Assembly: GCA_002787405.1 (NCBI GenBank)
Contig: PCWQ01000014.1
Location: 1-54,850, forward strand
Source: Candidatus Komeilibacteria bacterium CG11_big_fil_rev_8_21_14_0_20_36_20
GTDB lineage: Bacteria > Patescibacteriota > Patescibacteriia > UBA1558 > GWA2-36-10
DNA: 54,850 nt
Direction of reading: 5' to 3'
The translations under genes and the position numbers were made by a program. A model generated the notes under the pieces. That model worked only from the letters and a program-made list of their open reading frames with translations, had not been told where the DNA came from and did not search any database. This document shows, piece after piece, positions 37,669 through 48,276 of this stretch (position 1 is the first letter of the stretch; every line of letters starts with the position of its first letter).

Positions 37669-40164
37669 ATGCCAATTAAGAAAAAAACAACTAAAACTAC
37701 TAGAAAAACTGTTTCTAAAAAAATTGACTTCAAGGCTTTAAAGAAAGACCTGCTTGATGATTTAGACCAATTTCTTTTAGAAGAAACCGACATTAGTCGT
37801 CAGCAAAGGCAAACAGAGAAACAAAAAGCTTTAGCTGAATTGGATCGTCTGATTAAGCAGGATTTATCTGAGCGGGAGTTATTGTACCGTTTACAAGAAA
37901 TAAAGAATAATAAGAAGGAAGACCTTCTAAAAAAAGAAAATATTCAAAATATTGATGTGGTTAATCATTCTCACTATGTTTTGGATTTAAGACAGTCAAG
38001 AGAAGATAAAAAACCAACTAGAACCAAATTAAAAACTTACAAAAACAGCTGGACAAAACTTAAAGAAAAATTTGATCAGCCAAAAGTTACTGAGAAACGG
38101 GAATTTCATTATCCTCAAGAGGAAAAGAAATTTTTTGATTTCAACGGAACTTTGAGTTTAGCAGTTAAACCTCTGAAACTACAGAGTATTGGCAGTCGGG
38201 TGATTGTTTTTGCTTTGGTTATGGGTGTAATTTTGATGCCAATTAGAGGATTATTTTGGCTAGGACAAATTCAAAGCGATAAAGATGAAATTTTGAACTT
38301 TGGTAAACAGGGGATTATTAATTTACAGACCGGTGTAATTTCTGCTTCAGAAAATTCTTATCAAAATGCTCAGGCCGATTTTGAAAAAGCGTTAGAGCAA
38401 TTTAATCAAGCCCAAGATGTCTTAGATGAGTATCATCAATGGATGTTAAAAACAGCTTCTTTAATGCCGGTAATTGGTAAGCCAATATCTTTAAGTCAAA
38501 ATATGCTGGCTATTGCCACTAATATCTCTGAAGCAGCCGCCGTTTTAAACCAAAAATTACAAAAAGAGCAGACTTTAACCGAAAATTTAGTTTTTATTAA
38601 TCAACAAATAGAGAAAACACTACCTTATCTAACTAAGGCCCAGAAAGATTTAAACGGCATTTCTGCCTCTGCTTTGCCTAATGATCTTAGACCATATTTT
38701 AACGGTTTAAAAGACTATCTACCATCAACACTTGATAATTTACATAGTGTTCATGAAATATTCACTATTTTGGAAGAAGTGCTTGGTCATGATACTGAAA
38801 AAAGATATATAGTTTTATTTCAAAATAATAATGAGTTGAGAGCCACCGGCGGATTTATTGGCAGTTTTGCTTTATTTGATGTTTATCAGGGAGAAATTGT
38901 TAATTTGGAAATACCGCAGGGCGGGATGTATGATCTGGAAGCTGGGTTAACAGTAAAATATCAAGCGCCTCAAGCATTATCTTTGATTAATTCTCACTTT
39001 AATATTTGGGATGCTAATTGGTGGCCTGATTTTCCCACTTCAGCTGAAAAAATTACTTCTTTATATGAACAAAGCGGGGGGTCTTCAGTGGATGGGTTGA
39101 TTGCTATTAATGCAGATGTTTTAAAAAAATTACTAGAAATTTTAGGACCGATCACGATGGATGATTATGGTGTCACTATTACAGCCAATAATTTATTCTC
39201 CGTTATTCAAGAAGAAGTGGAATTTAATTATGACAAAGAAGCCAACACACCTAAGGCAATTATTGCTGATTTGGTACCGCGAGTCTTGGAAAAATTACTA
39301 AGCTTTAAGGAGAATCAAAAAGAGGTAGTTACTGCCTTTGCTAAAATATTATCCACCAAAGATATTCAAATTTATCTACATGATGATAATTTGCAGAAAA
39401 AAATAGACGGTTTTGGTTGGTCAGGCAGAATGTATGCTACGGATCGGGATTATTTAAATATAATTAGCACTAATATTGCTGGTGGTAAGACTGACAATGA
39501 CCTTTATCAGACCATTGATCATCAGGCCGAAATTCAACCAAATGGTGAAATTATTAATACCCTTAGAATCACCAGAACTAATAAAGGTCAGGAGGACAAT
39601 CCCTTGGCTGGCATAGAAGGCGGTAATGTTTCTTATCTAAGAATCTATGTGCCTCTTAATAGTCAATTTATTGAGGCCGTAGGTTTTGATAAAATTCCTA
39701 ATGCTTATTTCCATCCAGCTGATGATAATGCTCAAATTGATCCAGATATTGCTCAAGAGGAAAATAAAATGATAGATAATGTTTCTAATACCGAAATTTA
39801 TAATAGTTTAGGTAAAACAGTGTTCGCCAATTGGACAGCTCTTAAGCCAGGTGAAACAAAAACTGTTTCTGTTAAATATAAACTACCTTTTAATTTAAAT
39901 TTAGGCGATCCTCTAGTTAATAATTGGTGGCAGAAACTTTTTCAATCTAATTGGCGTTTAGATAATTATAGTTTATTAGTTCAATCACAATCTGGCAGTA
40001 AAAGGACTATTTTTAATTCTTCTATTTTATTGTCAGATAACATAAAGGTTGTCTGGAATAATGCTTCAGAAAAAGAAAAAATGAGCATTACGGATGATTT
40101 GGTCGCTTATAGTCAAGATTTGATTTATGATCAATATTTTGGTTTTATAGTGGCGACAAAGTAA
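37669..40164 (+). CDS. DUF4012 domain membrane protein
   Basis: TM, helical region, YIVLFQNNNELRATGGFIGS and DANWWPDFPTSA motifs. Confidence 0.88.
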   Translation: MPIKKKTTKTTRKTVSKKIDFKALKKDLLDDLDQFLLEETDISRQQRQTEKQKALAELDRLIKQDLSERELLYRLQEIKNNKKEDLLKKENIQNIDVVNHSHYVLDLRQSREDKKPTRTKLKTYKNSWTKLKEKFDQPKVTEKREFHYPQEEKKFFDFNGTLSLAVKPLKLQSIGSRVIVFALVMGVILMPIRGLFWLGQIQSDKDEILNFGKQGIINLQTGVISASENSYQNAQADFEKALEQFNQAQDVLDEYHQWMLKTASLMPVIGKPISLSQNMLAIATNISEAAAVLNQKLQKEQTLTENLVFINQQIEKTLPYLTKAQKDLNGISASALPNDLRPYFNGLKDYLPSTLDNLHSVHEIFTILEEVLGHDTEKRYIVLFQNNNELRATGGFIGSFALFDVYQGEIVNLEIPQGGMYDLEAGLTVKYQAPQALSLINSHFNIWDANWWPDFPTSAEKITSLYEQSGGSSVDGLIAINADVLKKLLEILGPITMDDYGVTITANNLFSVIQEEVEFNYDKEANTPKAIIADLVPRVLEKLLSFKENQKEVVTAFAKILSTKDIQIYLHDDNLQKKIDGFGWSGRMYATDRDYLNIISTNIAGGKTDNDLYQTIDHQAEIQPNGEIINTLRITRTNKGQEDNPLAGIEGGNVSYLRIYVPLNSQFIEAVGFDKIPNAYFHPADDNAQIDPDIAQEENKMIDNVSNTEIYNSLGKTVFANWTALKPGETKTVSVKYKLPFNLNLGDPLVNNWWQKLFQSNWRLDNYSLLVQSQSGSKRTIFNSSILLSDNIKVVWNNASEKEKMSITDDLVAYSQDLIYDQYFGFIVATK

Positions 40165-40170
40165 TACATC

Positions 40171-41757
40171 ATGTGGCATAAATTGTGGTTTAAAATCAAC
40201 AACACAGTCACTGGGGGCGCTTTCTTAATCGCCTTTTTTTCTCTACTTTCAAAATTATTTGGCTTGCTTAGAGAAAGATTAATTGCTCATAATTTTGGAG
40301 CTAGTGAGTTATCGGATATTTATTATGCGGCTTTTCGTTTGCCTGATTTGATTTTTAATACCTTAGTTTTAGGAGCCTTAACTTCCGCTTTTATTCCTGT
40401 TTTTCAAAAAGTTTGGCTGAAAAACAAAAAAGAAGGATTATTGCTGGCAAATTCAGTTTTAAATCTTTTTCTATTGTTAATCGGTTTCCTAGTAGTTATT
40501 GCTGTGATTTTTACACCACAGATTGTGCCTTTAATTACACCGGGTTTTGCTGATTGGCAATTGGAGCAGACTGTTAAACTGACTAGAATTATGCTCTTAG
40601 CTATAATATTTTTTGTAGGTTCCAATCTTATTGGTGGTATTTTAAATTCATGGAAAAGATTTTTTAGTTTTTCTTTAGCAGCTAGTTTTTATAACATTGG
40701 CATTATTATTGGTATTATCTTCTTTTATCCAAAATTCGGCTTAATTGGTTTGGCTTGGGGAGTATTTCTAGGTGCTTTTTTACATTTAATTGTACAATTG
40801 CCAGAAGTTTTTAAATGCGGTTGGCGTTATCAATTTTTTTTAAAGTGGACTAGTGATCTAAAAAAAATATTAAAACTTATGCTCCCGCGAACTATTGGCT
40901 TAGCAGCCGGGCAAATTAACTTAGTGGTCATTACCATGATTGCTTCAACTCTGTCCGCGGGAAGTATTGCAGTTTTTAATTTAGCTAATAATTTACAGAG
41001 TTTACCGGTCAGTCTTTTTGCAGTGTCTTTAGCAGTAGCGGTATTTCCTACTTTTACCCAAGCGGTTACAGAAAAAAATCAGGAATTATTTAAAAAAAAT
41101 TTTTCGGTTAGCTTAAGGCGTATTTTATTTTTACTGATCCCTATTTCAGTGCTTTTGGTGATTTTACGAGCTCAAATTGTTAGAATTATTTTAGGCACTG
41201 GCGCCTTTGATTGGAACAATACTTATTATACTGCTCAAACTTTAGGATTTTTTGCTCTATCTCTTTTTGCCCAAGGCCTTATTCCTCTTTTAGCCCGTTC
41301 TTTTTATGCTTTTGAAGATACTAAAACGCCAATGACCATCAGTATTTTAAGTATTTTATTAAATATTGTGCTTTCTTGGTTTTTGTCCCATGCTTTAGGA
41401 GTGATGGGTCTGGCTCTGGCTTTCTCTTTCTCTAGCATCGTTAATATGTTACTTTTATATATTGTGTTACATTTCCGAATTGAACATATTAATGACACCT
41501 TAATTTTTAATTCTTTAATTAAAATTTCATTTAACTCTTTAATAGCTGGAATTACCACCTATGGCTCTTTGCATTTACTTGCTCCTTTGGTTAATATGCA
41601 CAGTTTTTTAGGAGTGTTTATTCAAGGTTGCGGAGCCGGGCTGATAGGATTGCTAACTTATTTGATTTTGAGTATATTATTTAAACTTGATGAAGTGCAA
41701 ATTATCAAAAAATTGTTAAAAAAATTTATTTTATTTTTCAAAAATGGCCAACATTAG
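40171..41757 (+). CDS. murJ: Lipid II flippase MurJ
   Basis: LSKLFGLLRE, YYAAFRLPD, SAFIPVF, RSFYA..DTKTPM. Confidence 0.94.
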   Translation: MWHKLWFKINNTVTGGAFLIAFFSLLSKLFGLLRERLIAHNFGASELSDIYYAAFRLPDLIFNTLVLGALTSAFIPVFQKVWLKNKKEGLLLANSVLNLFLLLIGFLVVIAVIFTPQIVPLITPGFADWQLEQTVKLTRIMLLAIIFFVGSNLIGGILNSWKRFFSFSLAASFYNIGIIIGIIFFYPKFGLIGLAWGVFLGAFLHLIVQLPEVFKCGWRYQFFLKWTSDLKKILKLMLPRTIGLAAGQINLVVITMIASTLSAGSIAVFNLANNLQSLPVSLFAVSLAVAVFPTFTQAVTEKNQELFKKNFSVSLRRILFLLIPISVLLVILRAQIVRIILGTGAFDWNNTYYTAQTLGFFALSLFAQGLIPLLARSFYAFEDTKTPMTISILSILLNIVLSWFLSHALGVMGLALAFSFSSIVNMLLLYIVLHFRIEHINDTLIFNSLIKISFNSLIAGITTYGSLHLLAPLVNMHSFLGVFIQGCGAGLIGLLTYLILSILFKLDEVQIIKKLLKKFILFFKNGQH

Positions 41758-43510
41758 AAATTTTTGTATTATTGCTCATATAGATCATGGTAAATCTACT
41801 TTAGCTGACCGAATGCTGGAAATAACCGGCACCGTGGATAAGCGGAAAATGAAGAATCAACTCTTAGACCAAATGGAACTAGAGAGAGAAAGGGGAATTA
41901 CCATTAAATTACAACCAGCCCGAATGGAGTGGGATGGTTTTATTTTAAACTTAATTGATACCCCTGGTCATGTTGATTTTACTTATGAAGTTTCCCGTTC
42001 TCTGGCGGCTGTAGAAAGCGCTGTCTTACTGGTTGACGCCACCCAAGGCGTAGAAGCGCAAACTCTAGCTAATTTATATTTAGCTGTAGAACAAAATTTA
42101 GAGATAATTCCAGTGATGAATAAAATTGATCTGCCGGCAGCTAATGTCGAAAAAGTCAGCCAGGAAATTATCAATCTCCTAGGGTGCAATAAAGAAGATA
42201 TTTTACTTATTTCTGCTAAAACCGGTCAAGGAGTAACAGAAGTTTTAAAAGCCATCTGTCAAAAAACACCCGCTCCTATAGAAGAAAACAAAGAACTGCA
42301 AGCTTTAATTTTTGATTCCAATTATGATGAATATAAAGGAGTAGTGATTTATATTAGAGTTTTTGGCGGTCAAATAAACAAAGGGGATAGAATAAAATTT
42401 TGCGCCACCGGAGAAATTAGCGAAGTTTTAGATTTGGGCTATTTTAAACCGCATTGGGTCAGTGCTAAGGAATTAAATTCAGGAGAAATCGGTTACTTAG
42501 TCACCGGACTTAAAGATTTAGAAAAAGCACAAGTGGGAGATACAATCATTTCTCCAAAAAGCCAAGTTAAGCCCTTGCCCGGTTACAAAAAAGTTAAACC
42601 AATGGTTTATGCTGGTATTTTTCCGCAAGAAGGAAATGATTATCACAAATTAAGAGAGGCCATTTTAAAATTAAAATTAAGTGACGCTAGTTTAGAATTT
42701 GAACCAACCAATTCATCGGCCTTGGGTTTTGGCTTCCGCTGTGGATTTTTAGGGCTCCTTCATTTAGAAATTTTTCAGGAACGGTTAAAAAGAGAATTTG
42801 ATTTAAGCCTAGTTGTTACCACACCAACCGTAGCTTATAAACTTCACTTAAGAAATAAATCTGAGATGATTCTAACCACTCCAACAGAAATGCCAGATCC
42901 TAGTCATATTGATTACATTGAAGAGCCGTATATGAGCATAGAAGTTTTAACACCTCAAGAATATCTGGGTAGCTTAATGTCATATATCACCGAAAAAAAT
43001 GGATCACATAAGGATACCAAATATTTGAATGAAAATCGGGTAATTTTAAGTTATGCCATCCCCTTGTCCAGTATTCTAGTGGATTTCTACGATAATATTA
43101 AAAGTATTTCTTCGGGCTATGCTTCCTTAAATTATGAATTTTTTGATTATCGCCGTTGTGAATTAGTGAGGATGGATATTTTAGTGGCTGAGCATCCAGT
43201 CGAAGCTTTAACTAGTTTAGTTTATAAAAATCGGGCTCATCATGTCGGTAAAAGCATAATTAAGAAATTAAAAGACGTTTTGCCACGCGCTCAATTTGCC
43301 ATTAAACTACAGGCAGCCGTAGGCGGAAAAATCGTAGCCGCTGAAAAAATTTCCGCTATGAGAAAAGATGTTACCGCTAAACTTTATGGCGGAGATGTTA
43401 CTCGTAAACGTAAACTTTTGGAAAAGCAAAAAAAAGGTAAAAAAAGAATGGCCCAGCAGGGCAAAATTGATATCCCCCAAGAGGCCTACTTGGCTGTTTT
43501 AAAACGTTAG
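41744..43510 (+). CDS. lepA: Translation elongation factor 4
   Basis: IRNFCIIAHIDHGKST, GFRCGFLGLLH, LYGGDVTRKRKLLEKQ. Confidence 0.98.
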   Translation: MANIRNFCIIAHIDHGKSTLADRMLEITGTVDKRKMKNQLLDQMELERERGITIKLQPARMEWDGFILNLIDTPGHVDFTYEVSRSLAAVESAVLLVDATQGVEAQTLANLYLAVEQNLEIIPVMNKIDLPAANVEKVSQEIINLLGCNKEDILLISAKTGQGVTEVLKAICQKTPAPIEENKELQALIFDSNYDEYKGVVIYIRVFGGQINKGDRIKFCATGEISEVLDLGYFKPHWVSAKELNSGEIGYLVTGLKDLEKAQVGDTIISPKSQVKPLPGYKKVKPMVYAGIFPQEGNDYHKLREAILKLKLSDASLEFEPTNSSALGFGFRCGFLGLLHLEIFQERLKREFDLSLVVTTPTVAYKLHLRNKSEMILTTPTEMPDPSHIDYIEEPYMSIEVLTPQEYLGSLMSYITEKNGSHKDTKYLNENRVILSYAIPLSSILVDFYDNIKSISSGYASLNYEFFDYRRCELVRMDILVAEHPVEALTSLVYKNRAHHVGKSIIKKLKDVLPRAQFAIKLQAAVGGKIVAAEKISAMRKDVTAKLYGGDVTRKRKLLEKQKKGKKRMAQQGKIDIPQEAYLAVLKR

Positions 43511-43603
43511 AAATAAGAAGCGCCAAAAGTCCAAAGAATCATGGAAAGGATTATAAAAGTAGATAAGATAATCCAAATAATTTTTTGAGTTTTTCTATTC
43601 ATT

Positions 43604-44044
43604 ATGAATAAGTTTAGCAAATTTTTAAAAACAAGGGAAGGTTTGCTTTTAGTAATTAGATCCAGAGACAAAAGTCATAAGCCATTTTTTATATTTATTT
43701 TACTCTTGACCACTTTTTTTCTTTTATTTCCTATGTGGCAGGCCGGACGATTAGGAGTGATCTTGTGGGTAATTTTAGCAATTTTCCTGATTTTCATCTT
43801 TACCACTTATCTTTTAGAACAGCATAATTATTATCTTTTAACTAATCAAAGAATTATCTATTTGCAAGCTCTCAATAAAAAAACCTACACTATGCAGGGA
43901 GCAGTACAATTGCGTAATATTAGTCAAATCAAGAAAAAGGGCCGGCACGATATTTGTTTGCTAATTAATCAAAAAACATATTATTTAGTTAATATAGAAA
44001 AAAGAGATATAGTTTATAAAAAAATTAAGAATTATATTATCTAG
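43604..44044 (+). CDS. 2-TM protein with bacterial PH-like domain
   Basis: Two TM helices followed by YLLTNQRII. Confidence 0.6.
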   Translation: MNKFSKFLKTREGLLLVIRSRDKSHKPFFIFILLLTTFFLLFPMWQAGRLGVILWVILAIFLIFIFTTYLLEQHNYYLLTNQRIIYLQALNKKTYTMQGAVQLRNISQIKKKGRHDICLLINQKTYYLVNIEKRDIVYKKIKNYII

Positions 44045-44111
44045 TTCTTGACATAATATCTGTTATATATTATTTTTTATTAGATCTTAGAACTTTGAAA
44101 GGAGTATAGTT

Positions 44112-44507
44112 ATGCAGAAAAAAGAGCGAGAATGTTTGATAACTTTCAGTGCTGTTATCCTGATAAATATCGTGTTATTTATCGTTTTTCAAGACCAATT
44201 GCCAAGATGGTATAATGAGCTTAAAAACAATCTTTCCAAGGATATTCTTTTAATAATGACCTACAGCGGTGCGTTTATCGGTTTTGTTTATTATTTCTTA
44301 TCCAGAATGGATGTGAAAATAAAATTTACATTCCATGTAGGCACTTTTTTAGGATCTATGAGTGTCATAGGTTTATGGTTTATACAGGGTGCTCCTGTAG
44401 GAACATTAATAATCTATGAGTTCTGTTGTTTATTTTCTTATAGCTTAGTTTTCTACGGGCTATCTGGAATAATAAAAAACAACTCAATGATTTTAGTCTT
44501 GGAATAA
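44112..44507 (+). CDS. Hypothetical 4-TM membrane protein
   Basis: Own TTGACA promoter (44048), SD AAAGGAG, terminator 44525-44556. Confidence 0.72.
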   Translation: MQKKERECLITFSAVILINIVLFIVFQDQLPRWYNELKNNLSKDILLIMTYSGAFIGFVYYFLSRMDVKIKFTFHVGTFLGSMSVIGLWFIQGAPVGTLIIYEFCCLFSYSLVFYGLSGIIKNNSMILVLE

Positions 44508-44620
44508 GCGCCGATTCTAATCTTAAAACCGTCGAGCTCAGCTCAACGGTTTTTTTGTTTTGCCTTACCTAAAAACCTCAAATCTGTTATAATATATTTA
44601 TCTAATTATCAATAAAAAAT

Positions 44621-45097
44621 ATGCCTGATTTAGTAAATATAGAAAAAACACCAATTAGTCCTGAACAGTCAGTAGAATCAGCTGAACAAAAAACTGCTCC
44701 AGAAAAATCGCCTGAACAGTTTACTGAAAAAAAAGCCGAGCAAGATGCGTCAGCCCAATCGGTGGTCTTGCCAGATGATTCAGATTCACAGGATAAAACC
44801 AAAATTTCGACCAGCACTGTTACTTTGCGTAAAGTAGAAAGTATTTTGTCCCGGGACATGGACAAAGTATTTTTGTCAATGGATGCGGCTACTCAACAAA
44901 AATTTAAAATTAAAGGCGAAGAAACAGCCCGTCAAATTACTACCATTTTACAAAAAGGTAAATTTAAAGTTAAACAAATTATTAATTTAATTGTTGGCTG
45001 GCTGCGTATTATTCCGCGAGTTAATAAACATTATATAGAACAGGAAGCAAAAATCAAAGCTGATTTGATAATAAAAATGCATCAAAACAAAAAATAA
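44621..45097 (+). CDS. Hypothetical protein coupled to the TrwB-like ATPase
   Basis: Disordered N-terminus, WLRIIPRVNKHYIEQEAKIK C-terminus; TAATG overlap. Confidence 0.8.
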   Translation: MPDLVNIEKTPISPEQSVESAEQKTAPEKSPEQFTEKKAEQDASAQSVVLPDDSDSQDKTKISTSTVTLRKVESILSRDMDKVFLSMDAATQQKFKIKGEETARQITTILQKGKFKVKQIINLIVGWLRIIPRVNKHYIEQEAKIKADLIIKMHQNKK

Positions 45098-47553
45098 TGT
45101 CTTTAGATCTAACAACTTTAATCATCTTAGCCGGATTTATTTTAGTAATCATTATTGCTATCTGGTTGGTCTTAAAATCTTTCAAGAATAAATCCAATAA
45201 AAATTTAGATTTGGATATTTTATTAATTAAAATTCCCAAATATACCAAACAGGAAAAAGAGGAGCTAAACAAAGAATATATTGTCAGCACTCTTGGTAAA
45301 ATTGAAAATTTCTTTGCTTCTTTAGCTGCTCTAAAAGCGGAAAAAAAAGTAGTCGGCACTCGGACTGATATCTTTTCTTTAGAGTTAGTCTCTCACAATG
45401 GCCAAATCAGTTTTTATGCCGCTGTAGCTCATCGCTTCCGTGATTTTTTTATTCAACAGCTCCAGGCGGTTTACGGAAAGATTTATTTTGAAGAAATTTC
45501 TGATTATAATATTTTTGAAGCCAATAGCCAAATCGCAGGCGGCAGTTTAAGATTAGCTAATGATTTTTCTTTACCGATTAAAACTTATCGGACTTTTGAA
45601 AACGATCCTTTAGAGGGGATTACTAACAGCTTAAGCAAATTAAACGATAATGAATCAGCTGTTGTGCAGTATATTTTTAGATCAGCGCCAAAAAAATGGC
45701 ATAGGCGGGGAAGAAAAATAGCTAGAAATATGTATCAAGGCATGTCTTTTCATGAGGCCCTAAGTAAAGAGGGTGGCGGAGGATTTTTCGGAATTGTCGA
45801 AAAAATAATAAATTTTTCCACTAGTATGTTTTTTACCACCCGTCAGAAAGATGAAGAAAAACTTACAAAGCCAGAAGAAAAAGAGCAATTATCCAGCATG
45901 GAGCAGGAAAGAGCTAAGGGATTAGAAGAAAAGACTTCTAAGCCAGGCATGGACGTTAATATTAGAGTTGTTGTCTCTGCCCCAGATAAAACTAGATCAA
46001 ACGCTATTTTATCTGACATTTTAAACAGCTACAGCCAGTATAATATTTATGAATTTGGTAATAGTTTTAAAGCCCAAATACCTCGTCATCCTGATTCTAT
46101 TATTAATAATTTTATCTACCGAAATTTTATATCTAATCATAATGTTCTTTTAAATGCTGAAGAAATGGTTTCTGTGGTCCATTTGCCGTTACCAACCACT
46201 GAAACTCCTAATATTGACTGGCTGGATGCTGCTAAAGCTCCACCGCCTAATAATATGCCACGCGAAGGTATTATTTTAGGTAAAAATGAGTATCGCAGCA
46301 AAGAAACACTAGTTAGAATAAAACAGGAAGATCGGCGTCGCCATATGTACGTCATTGGTCAAACTGGTGTGGGAAAATCCGTATTCATGGAAAGTTTGCT
46401 TATTCAGGATATTAAAGAAGGACGAGGGGTGTGCGTAGTTGATCCGCACGGTGATTTAGTGGAAAAAATTCTGACTCATGTGCCTAAGGAAAGAGCAGAA
46501 GAGGTTATTCTATTTGATCCGGCTGATATAGAACGACCAATGGGTATGAATATGTTGGAATACGAAAACGGTGAGCAGAAAACTTTTGTTATTAACGAAA
46601 TGATTGCCATTTTTGACAAGCTTTATGATCTTAAAGCCACTGGCGGACCAATGTTTGAACAATATATGAGAAACGCCATGCTCTTGATTATGGATGATAA
46701 AGATTCAGGGGCGACTCTTTTGGAAATTCCCAAAGTACTAGCTGATGAATCATATCGCCGTTATAAATTATCAAAAGTGCAAAATCGTTTTGTTAAAGAT
46801 TTTTGGGAAAAAGAAGCGCAAAAAGCCGGTGGTGAAGCTGCCCTAGCCAATATGGTCCCTTACATCACTAGCAAATTAACTCCTTTTATTTCCAACGACA
46901 CTATTCGTCCAATTATTGCTCAAGAAAAAAGTGCTTTTAATTTTAGAAAAGCCATGGACGAAAACAAAATTATTTTACTCAATTTATCCAAAGGAAAAAT
47001 CGGCGAGATGAACAGCAATTTATTAGGTATGATTGTTATCGGGAAATTGCTTTTTGCTGCCATGAGTCGAGTTAATATCTCTGAAGAACAGCGAAATGAT
47101 TTTTATTTATATATTGATGAGTTCCAAAATTTTATCACCGATACTATTTCTGTTATTTTATCAGAAGCAAGAAAATACAAATTAAATTTAATTTTAGCCC
47201 ATCAATTTATCGCTCAATTGACCAAAAATAATAATACCAGCATCAGAGATGCTATCTTTGGCAATGTCGGCACTATTATTTCATACCGCATTGGTGTGGA
47301 AGATTCCGAAATAATCGCTAAGCAAATGGCCCCAATAGTCTCAGAATATGACTTGATTAATATGCCGAAATATACCTGTTACATTAAATTATTAATTGAC
47401 AATGCTAATCCACCAGCTTTTAATTTTCAGCCAATTTATCCGGAAAAAGGAAATTTTGAACTAGCTCAAGCTATTAAAGAGTTATCGCGCTTGAAATACG
47501 GCCGCGAGCGTACTATGGTGGAAGAGGAGATTAGCCGGAGAACTAATGTCTGA
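45097..47553 (+). CDS. VirD4/TrwB/TraD-like coupling ATPase (HerA-FtsK superfamily)
   Basis: N-terminal TM, DRRRHMYVIGQTGVGKS (Walker A), DPHGD, YIDEFQNF (Walker B), EARKY, AHQ. Confidence 0.9.
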   Translation: MSLDLTTLIILAGFILVIIIAIWLVLKSFKNKSNKNLDLDILLIKIPKYTKQEKEELNKEYIVSTLGKIENFFASLAALKAEKKVVGTRTDIFSLELVSHNGQISFYAAVAHRFRDFFIQQLQAVYGKIYFEEISDYNIFEANSQIAGGSLRLANDFSLPIKTYRTFENDPLEGITNSLSKLNDNESAVVQYIFRSAPKKWHRRGRKIARNMYQGMSFHEALSKEGGGGFFGIVEKIINFSTSMFFTTRQKDEEKLTKPEEKEQLSSMEQERAKGLEEKTSKPGMDVNIRVVVSAPDKTRSNAILSDILNSYSQYNIYEFGNSFKAQIPRHPDSIINNFIYRNFISNHNVLLNAEEMVSVVHLPLPTTETPNIDWLDAAKAPPPNNMPREGIILGKNEYRSKETLVRIKQEDRRRHMYVIGQTGVGKSVFMESLLIQDIKEGRGVCVVDPHGDLVEKILTHVPKERAEEVILFDPADIERPMGMNMLEYENGEQKTFVINEMIAIFDKLYDLKATGGPMFEQYMRNAMLLIMDDKDSGATLLEIPKVLADESYRRYKLSKVQNRFVKDFWEKEAQKAGGEAALANMVPYITSKLTPFISNDTIRPIIAQEKSAFNFRKAMDENKIILLNLSKGKIGEMNSNLLGMIVIGKLLFAAMSRVNISEEQRNDFYLYIDEFQNFITDTISVILSEARKYKLNLILAHQFIAQLTKNNNTSIRDAIFGNVGTIISYRIGVEDSEIIAKQMAPIVSEYDLINMPKYTCYIKLLIDNANPPAFNFQPIYPEKGNFELAQAIKELSRLKYGRERTMVEEEISRRTNV

Positions 47554-47667
47554 TTTTACGATAAATTAGTGTTTAGTTGGCCAAAAACATCGGATTGCCA
47601 AAACCGGTGTTTTATGATAAATTTAAGTCAAACATCTTGACTTCGCTCAAGATAAACAAAAATAAAA

Positions 47668-48267
47668 ATGTCAAAATCAAAAAAAATAAAAGAGTTAGAA
47701 TCTTTCATATATAATTTGGAACTAGAGCTAAAAAAAGCCAAAGTAACTTTAGGAGAAATATTAGGTAAGAGTTCTACGGAAGCGGTTGATTATAGTTTAA
47801 AAGCGGCTCAAGAAGGCCAAGAACACCAAGGCGAAGAAGGTTTAGTGATCGAAGGTGTTTTTAATGGCCAATTAATGATCGGACCTGACGGTAAAAAATA
47901 TTCAGTGCCAGCCAACTATGCTTCAAAATCAAAACTGGTGGAAGGGGATATATTGAAATTAACTATTGATTCAAGCGGATCATTCATTTTTAAACAAATA
48001 TCTCCGGTAGAAAGAAAAAGACTGGTCGGACATTTAGTTAAAGATAAAAAATCAGACGAATTTGTCATCATAGCCGGAGATAAGATTTATAAAGTTTTAT
48101 TGGCCAGCATCACTTATTTTAGAGGGGAAGAAGGAGATGAAGTTGTTATCTTAGTGCCTAAAGATAATGATAGTAATTGGGCAGCGGTAGAAAATGTTAT
48201 TAAAAAAAATTATAGCAGTGGTCCGGTTGACAGCAACTCTATGGACGATCTTGATATCACTTTATAA
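47668..48267 (+). CDS. Hypothetical protein
   Basis: 199 aa; IEGVFNGQ.MIGPDGK.Y.VPANYASKSKLVEGD; directly upstream of dnaX. Confidence 0.8.
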   Translation: MSKSKKIKELESFIYNLELELKKAKVTLGEILGKSSTEAVDYSLKAAQEGQEHQGEEGLVIEGVFNGQLMIGPDGKKYSVPANYASKSKLVEGDILKLTIDSSGSFIFKQISPVERKRLVGHLVKDKKSDEFVIIAGDKIYKVLLASITYFRGEEGDEVVILVPKDNDSNWAAVENVIKKNYSSGPVDSNSMDDLDITL

Positions 48268-48276
48268 ATCATTAAT

